Source of the DNA: Bacillota bacterium
GTDB lineage: Bacteria; Bacillota; Bacilli; Bacillales; Bacillaceae_B
NCBI GenBank assembly: GCA_051750065.1
Contig: JBNJJI010000006.1
Coordinates: 137,146 to 201,145, forward strand
Direction: 5' to 3'
Length of the DNA: 64,000 bases
The position numbers and the translations under genes are program-made. The notes under the pieces are model-generated. The model saw only the letters and a list, made by a program, of their open reading frames with translations, was not told where the DNA came from and did no database searches. Below are positions 8,494 to 17,642 of the stretch, piece by piece. Each line of letters opens with the position of its first letter. Positions within the stretch are counted from its first letter, which is position 1.

Positions 8494-9717
8494 TTAACTT
8501 AAAACAGGAAGGCTGATCGTGAAGGTAGTTCCACTTCCATCACTGGATACAGCCATTTCTCCGCCATGATTCTCAATGATTTTTTTACTCACCGAAAGTC
8601 CCAGCCCTGTTCCATCATCTTTTGTTGTAAAAAAGGGATCGAAAACATGAGAAATCATGGAAGGCTTAATACCTGTACCGTTATCACTGAAATGTATTTC
8701 AAGATTGGACTCTTTTTTTATCACTGCTATATCAATTTTCAGAGGACCAGCACTTGCCTGAAATGAATTACTGAACAAATTGATGAAAACTTGGAGAAAT
8801 TCTTCTTTATTTCCATTTATGAAACAGCCTTTAGCTTCGTCTGAAATCATACATACGAAGGAGATATTATATAATAATGCCTCGCTGTTGAGGAATTTGC
8901 AGATGTATTCCACCATGAATTCCTCAATCTCCATTTTTTCTGAAGAAGTCTCCAAGGGTTTGGCAATTCGCAGAAAATCAGTAATGATTTTGTTTGCTCT
9001 GTCTATTTCGGGTATGAGCAGTCCTTTGATTAAAGAACTCGTATCCTCATCTGACTGGTTTTGCATTAGCTGCAAATAGCCCCTGACTGTTGTTAATGGA
9101 TTACGGATTTCGTGAGCGATTCCAGCAGCAATCCGACCTGCAAGACCTCTCTTTTCCGCTTCTTTCACTCCATTTAGGAATTGAAAGGTCCCTACTACCC
9201 TCAGCACTTCACCCTCCGGATCTCTAATGATTTGCGTGTTATTGATTCCATAATTTTTATCTAATATTTCTCTGTTAACAATGGGTTTTTCCGTACGAAG
9301 GGTTTCTAAAAGAGCTATCTTAGAATCAGGAAGGCCTAAAAGGTCCCTGATATGCTTCCCTACAACTTCATCTCTCTCAAATCCCAGATCGACAGCCGTC
9401 TGCATATTACAAAGGGTAACCTTTCCTTCTGTGTCAATGAAAACAATATGATGGTGCACTAAGTCTAATATTGGTGTTAGAAACCGTTCCATTTGATGGA
9501 AAGGAATATCAAGACTAGAAGTAATATATGGTCCTTGCGCTTCACCATAACTCTCTAACAAAGAGAAAGAGTCCTGACCCGTAATGCTTTCTTTACCCGA
9601 AGCAGGGTCATTGTATGTAAAGGAGAAGGGAAGTTTCTTTATCAACTCCCGATAAAGTTCAACTTCTCTTTCCAGTTTATCTGCCTTTTCCTTCAGTTTT
9701 CCCAAATTATAATTCAT
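8494..9717 (-). CDS. Soluble PAS-containing sensor histidine kinase (sporulation-kinase-like)
   Basis: H-box HEIRNPLTTVRGYLQL, N and G boxes (DNGTGI, GTGLGLS), PAS-like N-terminal half, no TM segments. Confidence 0.88.
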   Translation of the reverse strand: MNYNLGKLKEKADKLEREVELYRELIKKLPFSFTYNDPASGKESITGQDSFSLLESYGEAQGPYITSSLDIPFHQMERFLTPILDLVHHHIVFIDTEGKVTLCNMQTAVDLGFERDEVVGKHIRDLLGLPDSKIALLETLRTEKPIVNREILDKNYGINNTQIIRDPEGEVLRVVGTFQFLNGVKEAEKRGLAGRIAAGIAHEIRNPLTTVRGYLQLMQNQSDEDTSSLIKGLLIPEIDRANKIITDFLRIAKPLETSSEKMEIEEFMVEYICKFLNSEALLYNISFVCMISDEAKGCFINGNKEEFLQVFINLFSNSFQASAGPLKIDIAVIKKESNLEIHFSDNGTGIKPSMISHVFDPFFTTKDDGTGLGLSVSKKIIENHGGEMAVSSDGSGTTFTISLPVLS

Positions 9718-9857
9718 AACATCGCCCTTTTATAGCATTCTGTGCCAAATAATTACATAATACCATTATAGCTTTCTCTTAATATGTAAACAATAGACTA
9801 AATGCCAATCCATGGCTTAAAAATGCTTTAGAACCCCACCCACAGGGCGAGGTTCTT

Positions 9858-10460
9858 TCAGGCACTATCCTTTTGTTTCGTTTTCGCAAATAGAGCTTTT
9901 CGTCTAAGAAGTTTGAACAGGATATAACTTATGATTGTAGTAAGAAGGATTCCGTTGATCACCCATTGAACGTTTTGGAAGCTTTCCTTCAGGACGTTCA
10001 GGTTACCTATGCTTCCAAGATAAAACATGGCGATTGAGACCGGTAAAACACCCAGGAAAGTTAACAACCCATATCTGACAGGCTTGATGCTGCAAAAGCC
10101 TCCAAGGTATGCAATGTAACCCATTCCGAGCATTCTTCCAAGGGTAATGGTCCAATCACCGTACTTCTCTGTCCAGCGGTCAAACTTCTCCTGCTTCCTT
10201 TTCGATAACTTCCGCCGGATAGCAGCTTCATATTTAATACTAAGCCAATAAGGTATATAGCTGATCAGAACATAAAACAAACTTACTGCAAAACTGTATA
10301 AAATGATTTCCATGGGACTCGGCTGCAGTATATAACCATATACCAGGATGAATAATGCAGCAGGAAAAGGTAAAGAAACAGCTTCTATTAATACTCCAAG
10401 CAACAGGCCCCATACTCCAAGGCCGACCAGGAAATTCAGTATCTGTTCTATTTTTCTCAC
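9858..10460 (-). CDS. DedA/VTT-like membrane protein
   Basis: 200 aa, polytopic, N-terminal EAVSLPFPAALF segment resembling DedA proteins. Confidence 0.6.
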   Translation of the reverse strand: MRKIEQILNFLVGLGVWGLLLGVLIEAVSLPFPAALFILVYGYILQPSPMEIILYSFAVSLFYVLISYIPYWLSIKYEAAIRRKLSKRKQEKFDRWTEKYGDWTITLGRMLGMGYIAYLGGFCSIKPVRYGLLTFLGVLPVSIAMFYLGSIGNLNVLKESFQNVQWVINGILLTTIISYILFKLLRRKALFAKTKQKDSA

Positions 10461-10606
10461 ATCCCCTATCAGTCAGATCTTTCTAAATAAATTATACCCT
10501 TCACCTTCTCAATAGAAACTATTTTAGGGGCAGATCCATAACTTTCTTACGTTGACGAAACTGGTGCTGTTCACTATACTGAATAAAGCAAATCTACAAG
10601 AACAGG

Positions 10607-11683
10607 ATGAAAACAATGGACTTTGAAATTAAATACCTGTCCTTTTACGTTGTAGAAGTAGAAGGAAAAGGAGAAAGTGCCGATAAAAGATTCAAGCATT
10701 TTCAAACTCTTGATGAACAAGGTTATGAAAATAACCCTCTTAAAGAATTCTTAGATGGGGAATTGACTAAAATCGCAAAGCGAAAAGTGGACCGGCACAG
10801 TAAATCTGAAGGAGCACCGACTAAAATCGGTCGATTCATTGTGGAGCCCGGACATGAATTGGATTCTAATCCGAACTATAATTTGTTTGACCGTGCCAGA
10901 AATCCTGAATCGATTGACGCTTTTAAAGAAGCTTCCCTGCAGTTCGTCAATGCCTATGTAGATGCAAGTGCAGTCAGAGGCGGTGTTTTCATTGTAGCGC
11001 TGGCAAAGTTGAGGAAGTACTTCGATGATCCTTTTCTCTTTCTTATGAAATGTGACTTTGAACCAAAAGTCGCAAGAATCACTGATGAATCTACCTTGAT
11101 TCATAATGTTGAAATGGCGATTACTACTAAAAATATGAAATCCATTCAATATCCTTTCATGCCTGAAGAAGGAATGATGGACGAAGCAGAACTGAAAATC
11201 CACCAAGCTTCCCACGCCAGGTACTTTGAGGATTTTCTTAAATTCGTCGAATATGAGAAATCGATGCCGGAAATCGTTAGGACGCAGGTAATGGGAATGG
11301 TTCAGGAATACATCGAAGAATCATATGAGCCTGAAAGTGAAGAAAGAGTGGAATTTGAATCGGCTGTGGAGGCCTGGTCAGTCAGCCCAAAACGCGATCT
11401 GCAAGAGAGATTCACTACTGAACAAGTTGTAGAAGCCACTTCACAGATCATTGAGCAGTCACCAGAAGTTGAATTAAAGATGAAACTGGATCATATCGAT
11501 GTGAAAGCCATGCTCTCTGATTTCGGTGATACAATTCATATGGCTAAAGTCAATGGCAGATACATGCTGTTAATAGAAGGAGATTCCGTTCAATTTGAAA
11601 AAGGAACATCTCCAATAGAATTCTTAAAGCCTGATGATCTGCAAGATGTGATTGAACGAATACAAAAAAGAGGGCAGCAATGA
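10607..11683 (+). CDS. Acidic 358-aa protein of unknown function (possibly nucleoid-associated-protein/NdpA-like N-terminal fold)
   Basis: Long clean ORF with strong coding character. The RGGVFIVALAK...FLFLMKCDF segment recalls NA37/YejK-type proteins. Start may be ATG 10616. Confidence 0.7.
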   Translation: MKTMDFEIKYLSFYVVEVEGKGESADKRFKHFQTLDEQGYENNPLKEFLDGELTKIAKRKVDRHSKSEGAPTKIGRFIVEPGHELDSNPNYNLFDRARNPESIDAFKEASLQFVNAYVDASAVRGGVFIVALAKLRKYFDDPFLFLMKCDFEPKVARITDESTLIHNVEMAITTKNMKSIQYPFMPEEGMMDEAELKIHQASHARYFEDFLKFVEYEKSMPEIVRTQVMGMVQEYIEESYEPESEERVEFESAVEAWSVSPKRDLQERFTTEQVVEATSQIIEQSPEVELKMKLDHIDVKAMLSDFGDTIHMAKVNGRYMLLIEGDSVQFEKGTSPIEFLKPDDLQDVIERIQKRGQQ

Positions 11684-11696
11684 AATAACTCTTTTA

Positions 11697-11734
11697 AAGG
11701 TCAGCCGAGAGTAAACGGCTGACCTTCTTTCATT
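11697..11734 (+). terminator. Intrinsic terminator
   Basis: 11-bp stem aaggtcagccg/cggctgacctt followed by a T-rich tract. Confidence 0.7.
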
Positions 11735-11887
11735 TTGTAACACCTATTGTAAACATCGAGGCTCAATAAATGGTCAGCATCAAACCTATTTAAAATAACT
11801 CATAATAATTTCTTCTTAAATTCTGTTATTCATTTTAATAAAGCATATAATGAAACTTAGAATCTAAGTAATTTTGGGGTGTATTTT

Positions 11888-12715
11888 ATGTTAACAAATA
11901 CTCAGCTTTTCGAAATAGAAGAATTGCAATTGTTATGCGAAAAACAAGATGATTTTAAATTAAAACTGAATGGTGACATGCTCCGCTCACGTAGCAGCGG
12001 CCAGGATGACTATTTTCATTATGAAGATGGAAAATTAACAGGATTTCTAGGTCTTTATGGTTTTGGAACAAGCTATGAACTTTGCGGCATGGTCCACCCG
12101 AATTATCGCAGAAGAGGTATTTTTCAAAGTCTCTTCCAACAGGCAATCACTTCCCTGAAGGAACGTGGAATCAGTAAACTTCTTTTGAATGCCCCAGGCT
12201 CATCTCAATCAGGAAAGTTATTTATAGCTGACCTTCTCGCACATTATTCTTTTTCAGAGTATCAGATGAAATGGAAGCAGAAGGAAATCAAAGATGACAA
12301 TTCAAGCATTGAACTGGTTCCTGTTACCGATGATGACCTTGTCCAGATTGTAGACCTCGATTATTTATGCTTTAGTGTAGAACGAGAGGATTCATTGGAA
12401 TTTATGAAAATGGTAGACAAGGACGATAGCAACTTCAGTTTCATGATTCAATGTAAAGGTGATAAAGTGGGGAAGATCCATATCAAGCGTGAGAATGACC
12501 GAAGCTATATATTTGGGTTTGCTGTCCACCCCTCTCATCAAGGAAAAGGCATCGGAAGGTCTGTTCTTGAAAAAACAGTGAAAATAGAATGTGAGAATGA
12601 AAAAAGCATTTTCTTAGAGGTCTCTGCGAAAAATGCAAACGCATTAAGATTATATGAAGAAACAGGTTTTGTCTCTTATCAGGTTCAGGACTACTACAAA
12701 TTTGAAGGCTTTTGA
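11888..12715 (+). CDS. Two-domain GNAT N-acetyltransferase
   Basis: C-terminal acetyl-CoA motif HQGKGIGRSVL and an N-terminal degenerate GNAT half. Start at ATG 11888. Confidence 0.8.
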   Translation: MLTNTQLFEIEELQLLCEKQDDFKLKLNGDMLRSRSSGQDDYFHYEDGKLTGFLGLYGFGTSYELCGMVHPNYRRRGIFQSLFQQAITSLKERGISKLLLNAPGSSQSGKLFIADLLAHYSFSEYQMKWKQKEIKDDNSSIELVPVTDDDLVQIVDLDYLCFSVEREDSLEFMKMVDKDDSNFSFMIQCKGDKVGKIHIKRENDRSYIFGFAVHPSHQGKGIGRSVLEKTVKIECENEKSIFLEVSAKNANALRLYEETGFVSYQVQDYYKFEGF

Positions 12716-12750
12716 TTCAGAAAAAAATCGCTGGTAGAGTAAAGTGAAAT

Positions 12751-12782
12751 AGAGGATGAAATAAGTATGGTTCTCATCCTCT
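12751..12782. terminator. Terminator hairpin between convergent genes
   Basis: 9-bp stem agaggatga/tcatcctct. Confidence 0.55.
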
Positions 12783-12801
12783 TCATTTGTTCTTCATTTT
12801 A

Positions 12802-13296
12802 TTATTTCTTTTCTTTATAAAATACATGATACGATTTGATCTCATCTTCTATTTCCAATACACCGAATGAATAGTATGGCTGTTTTCGCTTATCAGTCGC
12901 AGAGCCGGGGTTAAACAAGAGTGTGCCTTGGGTAAATCTCAGATAAGGGATATGAGAGTGTCCGAATATAATAATATCCGGTTTTTCCTCAAATTCATCC
13001 AGTGCTCTCTTCTCGGTTGTCTTGCCTTTACCATCACCGTGCACGACTCCAACCGTAAATGCGCCCGCTTTCAGAATCTGTTTCCGAGGAAATCGGCTTT
13101 TGATGTCTTGATGATCTGTATTGCCAAACACCCCTTCAACCCTTCCATACTCTTTCAGTTTCTCATACACATCGAGACTATTCCAATCTCCACCATGGAT
13201 GATCAGGTCTGCTTGTTTCAATTCATTAATGAGAGGAAGAGGAAGATCCTCCCCCTTCTTCGGCATATGCGTGTCACTGACGACGACTATTTTCAA
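12802..13296 (-). CDS. YfcE/MJ0936-family metallophosphoesterase
   Basis: Motifs VVSDTH, HGGD, GNTD and GHSH in canonical order. 164 aa. Confidence 0.88.
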   Translation of the reverse strand: MKIVVVSDTHMPKKGEDLPLPLINELKQADLIIHGGDWNSLDVYEKLKEYGRVEGVFGNTDHQDIKSRFPRKQILKAGAFTVGVVHGDGKGKTTEKRALDEFEEKPDIIIFGHSHIPYLRFTQGTLLFNPGSATDKRKQPYYSFGVLEIEDEIKSYHVFYKEKK

Positions 13297-13325
13297 GATC
13301 TATCATCCCCTTAGAAATTCAATCG

Positions 13326-14951
13326 CTACTTATCCAATTTAGCCCGCTCTATCTCAATTCTCTCTTGAGGTAAGTGTGTAAAAAGAGGTTTCTGCCCTGA
13401 AAGTTTGATATTGACTGGAAGACAAAAAGGTTTCCATACCCGATTTTCCTTCAGACCGAATTCATTGTAAATCTTTTCTGCCGTAAACGGTATGAATGGG
13501 GAGAGCAGCACTGATAGGTTTGCACCGATATACAGGCAGTTTTCCAAAACCAGCTTTGCTTGCTGCCGATCTTCTTTTATCACTCTCCAAGGCTGCTGTT
13601 CATCAAAGTACTTATTGCTCCAACGAATAATTTCAAAAGCCCTTCTTGCTGCTTTTCGGCATTCTCCTTTTTCAATCCATTCACCAGTTTCCTTGAAAAC
13701 GGCATCCAATTGGGCGGTTACTATGGAGTCAACTGTACCCAAGGCCGCGTGCTCACCAAACTCGTTTCTATAAAATTTAACCGTTCTTTGAATGAAGTTT
13801 CCAAGACCACCCAATAATTCACTGTTATGTTTAAAAATGAATTCTCTCCAGGAAAAATCGGCATCCCTTTTATCAGGATAATTGACACTGAAATAGTAAC
13901 GCAAAGAATCGGGGTTGTAATCCTTCAAAACATTCGGAAGCCAAACCGCCCAGTTCTTGCTCGTTGATATTTTCCTTTTTTCCAGTGTCACATACTCACT
14001 CGAAACAATCCATTCTGGGAGGCTATCATTTTTAATACCCTTTAGAACAGCCGGCCAAATGATGGTATGAAATGGAATATTATCTTTTCCATGAACATAA
14101 TAAGAGGTGGTATTCTCTTTCCAAAAATCTCTCCAGTCCCTGCCTGTCTTGTCAGCCCATTCAATGCTCGCAGTCAAATAGCCGCTCACCGCTTCAATCC
14201 AGACATATATCTTCTTATTACCATACCCTTCAACAGGCACTGAGACACCGTTGCTCATATCACGGGTTACCGCTCTATCCTGAAGTCCTTCTTCCAAATA
14301 ACGCTGAGTTAAATGGATGGCGTTTTCTCTCCATGTTTCTTTGCGTTTACCTGCATAATTCTTTAACTCATCTCCAAGTGCTGATAAAGCAAGGTAGAAA
14401 TGAGTTGTTTCTTTTAAGATGGGTTGTTGGTGACAAAGTTTGCAGACCTTGTCCTGCAATTGGACGGGATCCAAAATCTGGCCGCATCCGTCACACTGAT
14501 CTCCCCTTGCTTTTTCTCCGCAATTTGGACAGTTTCCTTCCACAAATCGATCAGGTAAAAAGCGGTCACATTCCAAACAGAAAGTTTCTTCGGTTGTTTT
14601 TTCATATAGAAATCCATTCTCTATAAGTTTTAGAAAAATATTTTGAACTTCCCGGTGGTGATGATCACAATCCGTTCTGCTGTAGTAATCATAACTGAAG
14701 CCGAATTCCTGAAAACACCTGCTAAACTCCTGGTGATATCTGTCCGCAATATCACTTACCTGCAGTCCCTCTTGATTTGCTCTTATTTCTATGGGGGTGC
14801 CATTACAATCACTTCCCGAAACATATAGCACTCTTTCACCCTTCAGCCTGTAATACCGAGCTAGTATGTCGCCCGGCAGTAATGCCGCCAAGTGTCCAAT
14901 ATGCAGGGATCCATTCGCATAGGGCCAAGCTCCTCCAATAAAAACAGTCAT
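13326..14951 (-). CDS. metG: Methionine--tRNA ligase, short zinc-knuckle form (MetRS2-like, no C-terminal tRNA-binding domain)
   Basis: HIGH (LHIGH) and KMSKS-like (KISTS) signatures, four CxxC motifs (CLEC, CPNC, CDGC, CKLC). 541 aa. Confidence 0.95.
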   Translation of the reverse strand: MTVFIGGAWPYANGSLHIGHLAALLPGDILARYYRLKGERVLYVSGSDCNGTPIEIRANQEGLQVSDIADRYHQEFSRCFQEFGFSYDYYSRTDCDHHHREVQNIFLKLIENGFLYEKTTEETFCLECDRFLPDRFVEGNCPNCGEKARGDQCDGCGQILDPVQLQDKVCKLCHQQPILKETTHFYLALSALGDELKNYAGKRKETWRENAIHLTQRYLEEGLQDRAVTRDMSNGVSVPVEGYGNKKIYVWIEAVSGYLTASIEWADKTGRDWRDFWKENTTSYYVHGKDNIPFHTIIWPAVLKGIKNDSLPEWIVSSEYVTLEKRKISTSKNWAVWLPNVLKDYNPDSLRYYFSVNYPDKRDADFSWREFIFKHNSELLGGLGNFIQRTVKFYRNEFGEHAALGTVDSIVTAQLDAVFKETGEWIEKGECRKAARRAFEIIRWSNKYFDEQQPWRVIKEDRQQAKLVLENCLYIGANLSVLLSPFIPFTAEKIYNEFGLKENRVWKPFCLPVNIKLSGQKPLFTHLPQERIEIERAKLDK

Positions 14952-14976
14952 ATCGATTTCCTCCTAAGATGGTATT

Positions 14977-15288
14977 AAAAAACAAAAACCCCCTCGTCCA
15001 TAGATGTAAAGACATCTAAGGACGAGGGGGATAGCTCGCGGTACCACCTTAGTTCACTGAGGGCTCGCGCCATCAGCCTCATGAAGTACGGAATGCAGAA
15101 GAAACACATTCTTATACTGTGGCAATGATAACGGCTGCCAACTCCCGTTCCACCCTACACCTCATGGTTCGAATGAAAAGCTCAGAGATCATCTTCAATC
15201 AACTTTCCCCTTGCTTCTTTTCAGCTTCCGAAGCTCTCTGTAAAGGATAATCCTTGATTTACTCTTCTCTTCAACGCAAATAAGTATT
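14977..15288 (-). promoter_or_regulatory. T-box riboswitch leader, Met (AUG) specifier
   Basis: Minus strand carries Stem I gcgttgaagagaagagta and cagagagcttcggaagctgaaaag. Specifier is gaagAUGa (15190-15192). T-box aactaaggtggtaccgcg is at 15037-15054. Terminator is ccccctcgtcc/ggacgaggggg plus a U-run. Confidence 0.9.
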
Positions 15289-15295
15289 GTTTATT

Positions 15296-15324
15296 ATATT
15301 ATGAAACTTGAAATGAATTTGCAA
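15296..15324 (-). promoter_or_regulatory. SigA-type promoter of the metG T-box leader
   Basis: Minus strand: TTGCAA (15319-15324), 17-nt spacer, TAATAT (15296-15301). Confidence 0.6.
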
Positions 15325-15512
15325 GTGTTTTCTTCGTGTTTTCCTTTTTGTTAGTACCTCGGAACTTAAAGAGCTGAAGGAACAGGGATATACGTTAGCC
15401 GCAAGTCTGCTGGAGCTAAGACTCGGTCTTCCTTCAGAAATTTCTTTCGTATCTGTCAATAGAAAAGCTACCAACTCTAAAAGTGGCCACTGAAAAAGTC
15501 CAACAAAAATCT

Positions 15513-15554
15513 AAAAGGCAGAATCGGTCAATTCAGAGAGCGGTTCTGCCTTTT
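15513..15554. terminator. Orphan terminator-like hairpin
   Basis: Stem ggcagaatcg/cggttctgcc flanked by A- and T-runs. No obvious gene is served on either strand. Confidence 0.45.
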
Positions 15555-15580
15555 GTAGTTCAAGTTTTAAGTAAAAGTGT

Positions 15581-15699
15581 TAATTTCCGTTCCAGGTGCA
15601 CGACTCCGCGGGGCGGGCGCCCGGCCTCCTCAGCTTCGCCTGCCGGGTCTCACCTGTCCCGCTAGTCCCGCAGGAGATCGTGCACCTTCCACTCCAATC
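15581..15699. repeat. GC-rich hairpin core module of the MITE family (full-length copy, no clear TIRs)
   Basis: taatttccgttccaggtgcacgactccgcgggg...cccgcaggagatcgtgcaccttccactccaatc. The long arms GGTGCACGACTCCGCGGG and CCCGCAGGAGATCGTGCACC are inverted. Confidence 0.75.
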
Positions 15700-15781
15700 A
15701 AAACGTTGAGAAAAAAGAACACTATCCGCTAATAAAACCTTTCATGATAATAAAACTATCAATAAAAGTGGGTGGTTTCAA

Positions 15782-15895
15782 ATGATACAAAAACAACTAG
15801 CAATAATGTTCTCGAGTCTAATTGGCATTGAATTACAAGGTACCATGGCAATATTAGTTGTGAATATTAAGAGGTTTCTAAGGTTACTGGGGTAA
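15782..15895 (+). CDS. Candidate 37-aa hydrophobic peptide with basic C-terminus
   Basis: MIQKQLAIMFSSLIGIELQGTMAILVVNIKRFLRLLG. Weak GGTGG RBS, followed by a strong bidirectional terminator. Below the ORF-track cutoff. Confidence 0.3.
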   Translation: MIQKQLAIMFSSLIGIELQGTMAILVVNIKRFLRLLG

Positions 15896-15924
15896 AAAGA
15901 GAGTTATATACGATTATTTCCAAG

Positions 15925-15975
15925 AAAAAAGCCGGCACTTCTTCCTTTTATAGAAAGAAGTGCCGGCTTTTTCTT
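15925..15975. terminator. Strong bidirectional terminator
   Basis: About 17-bp stem aaaagccggcacttctt/aagaagtgccggctttt between convergent small ORFs. Confidence 0.75.
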
Positions 15976-16049
15976 TTTAACCTTATTGATGTTCTAAAAC
16001 GCGAGATTTTCAGTTGCATCCTCTAAAGCTGTCAGCCTCATAGAAAAAT

Positions 16050-16187
16050 TTATTCAGCGTTTTCCTCTGTATTTTCAGCGTTCTCTTCTGTGTTATTGCC
16101 CATATTGTCTTCCTCTGTGTTGCTGCAACCTGATGCAAAGCCTACTACTGTTAATGCTGTTAATAACATAAGTAACATTTTTTTCAT
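16050..16187 (-). CDS. 45-aa acidic mini-lipoprotein
   Basis: MKKMLLMLLTALTVVGFASGCSN... has a lipobox F-A-S-G-C. AGGAGG RBS sits 8 nt upstream. Below the ORF-track cutoff. Confidence 0.5.
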   Translation of the reverse strand: MKKMLLMLLTALTVVGFASGCSNTEEDNMGNNTEENAENTEENAE

Positions 16188-16234
16188 TATAATAGCCTCC
16201 TTTGAAATGTTGCATTGCTAACTACAAGTTTATC

Positions 16235-16462
16235 TTACATGAATTTTGTACAAGAAGAAGGGTTTTTACCTTTTTTTAACAATCTATTATAATGCCATTT
16301 ACAGTCCTTAAACTCATTTACATTCGGGCACCAGCATTTTTTGGCTTTGGGGTTACTTTTTCTCAAGGCCAAATCTTTTATTAATTCTTTAAGCTTTGCC
16401 TCAAGAACTGTGAGAACAAAAGCACAAACGCCCTGACCACCCCAGACAAGCATATGTTCCAT
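16235..16462 (-). CDS. Hypothetical 75-aa Cys/Lys-rich protein
   Basis: ORF only. No convincing RBS and no family recognised. Confidence 0.25.
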   Translation of the reverse strand: MEHMLVWGGQGVCAFVLTVLEAKLKELIKDLALRKSNPKAKKCWCPNVNEFKDCKWHYNRLLKKGKNPSSCTKFM

Positions 16463-16506
16463 AGAGAAAAAAGGCGGTCTTTCTTTTTATTCTACATTTG
16501 TATTCG

Positions 16507-16558
16507 AGGTGTTAAGTTCGTTCCGGTGGGTACGAACCCTTGTGCGCAGAAGCGGGAC
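16507..16558. repeat. Second interspersed repeat family (GTTCGTTCCGGTGGGTACGAAC hairpin), copy 1
   Basis: The core at 16516-16537 is identical to 57980-58001, and the flanks are also similar. Confidence 0.7.
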
Positions 16559-16641
16559 AAGAATAATTTAATATAATTTTGTAAATTCCTTATAGATCAA
16601 AAAACAGCCCCATCCACTATTTCGGAAGGCGCTGTTCACTA

Positions 16642-17481
16642 TTAAAGGTTGATCATCTTCGAATCACACACTGGCTCGTATCCAATTTCCATGTAAATTT
16701 TATTGGAAGTCGGATTATCCAAATCTGTGTAAAGTGTGCAGAATCGGTTCGTCTCAAGGAGCTTTTCACTCAGCTTCGCAACAACAGACCTTGCATATCC
16801 CTTTCGCCTGCAGTCTCTTGGAGTATAAACAAAGTTCACAGTGACACCATGATCTGTTTTTCGAGCGCTCCTTGCCATAGAAACCGGAACACCATTTAGT
16901 ACCCAAAGAAATACAGATTCTTCTTCTATCATTTCCTTGGCACGTTTTCTCGCATCTTCTTTTGGAATCGGGTTTTCAGGAGTATCATCAATGAACCCTA
17001 AAATCCATTCTGCCACAAGCTCAATATGTTCTTTACCAGCAAGTTCCATTTTACCTTGACTGATCTCTATGTCATTGATCTTTTGAAGTTTGTATATTCT
17101 CTGTCTCATATTCACTTCGTAAGGTTTGCCGATTCTTTCACTCCACATCTTTGAAATAGACTCCACTGCCTCACTTCTACCTATAAAACCTGGAAATTTA
17201 ATACCTTGGTTCTCAGCGTACTGCCACAGTGATTTTTTTATCGCTTCCATTTTGTTTTTATCTAATACTGTGACAATTAAATAGTGGGGAGGAGTTCTTA
17301 TTAAGATCGCAAAAATGTCCTCATTTTCTTTATAGACAGCCAAGAAGGGATCTTCGTACCGCCCTGCCATAATCTGGTCAAGCAACCCTAATGGCAGATT
17401 GTTTTCTGCTTCTTCTTTTAACAGCAGGGGACGTACTATTTCATTGAATTGGTCCGCATTCGTATATTCAACTATATTCAT
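16642..17481 (-). CDS. GNAT-family N-acetyltransferase with N-terminal extension
   Basis: C-terminal RRKGYARSVVAKL acetyl-CoA motif. Start moved to ATG 17481 behind GAGGTG. Confidence 0.82.
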   Translation of the reverse strand: MNIVEYTNADQFNEIVRPLLLKEEAENNLPLGLLDQIMAGRYEDPFLAVYKENEDIFAILIRTPPHYLIVTVLDKNKMEAIKKSLWQYAENQGIKFPGFIGRSEAVESISKMWSERIGKPYEVNMRQRIYKLQKINDIEISQGKMELAGKEHIELVAEWILGFIDDTPENPIPKEDARKRAKEMIEEESVFLWVLNGVPVSMARSARKTDHGVTVNFVYTPRDCRRKGYARSVVAKLSEKLLETNRFCTLYTDLDNPTSNKIYMEIGYEPVCDSKMINL

Positions 17482-17642
17482 TTCATTCACCTCAGAGAAT
17501 ACATTCGACAATCTCTGCTTCTTCCCCTGCTGTACTTTGACAAAAGTCAGGTAATAGCTTTCTTAAAGTGTCACTTTGGTAGGGATTGAATGATCCTGCT
17601 GGCCAATACTTATGAACACGTGATGAAATACAAGAAGCCAAA

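Noticed and set aside
15483-15665. 60-aa ORF (…PRGGRPASSASPAGSHLSR)
   Set aside because: It is a translation of the terminator plus the GC-rich repeat core. The same kind of artefact accounts for 24868-25110, 37430-37651, 37514-37783 and the 3' halves of 18803-19213 and 18840-19079.
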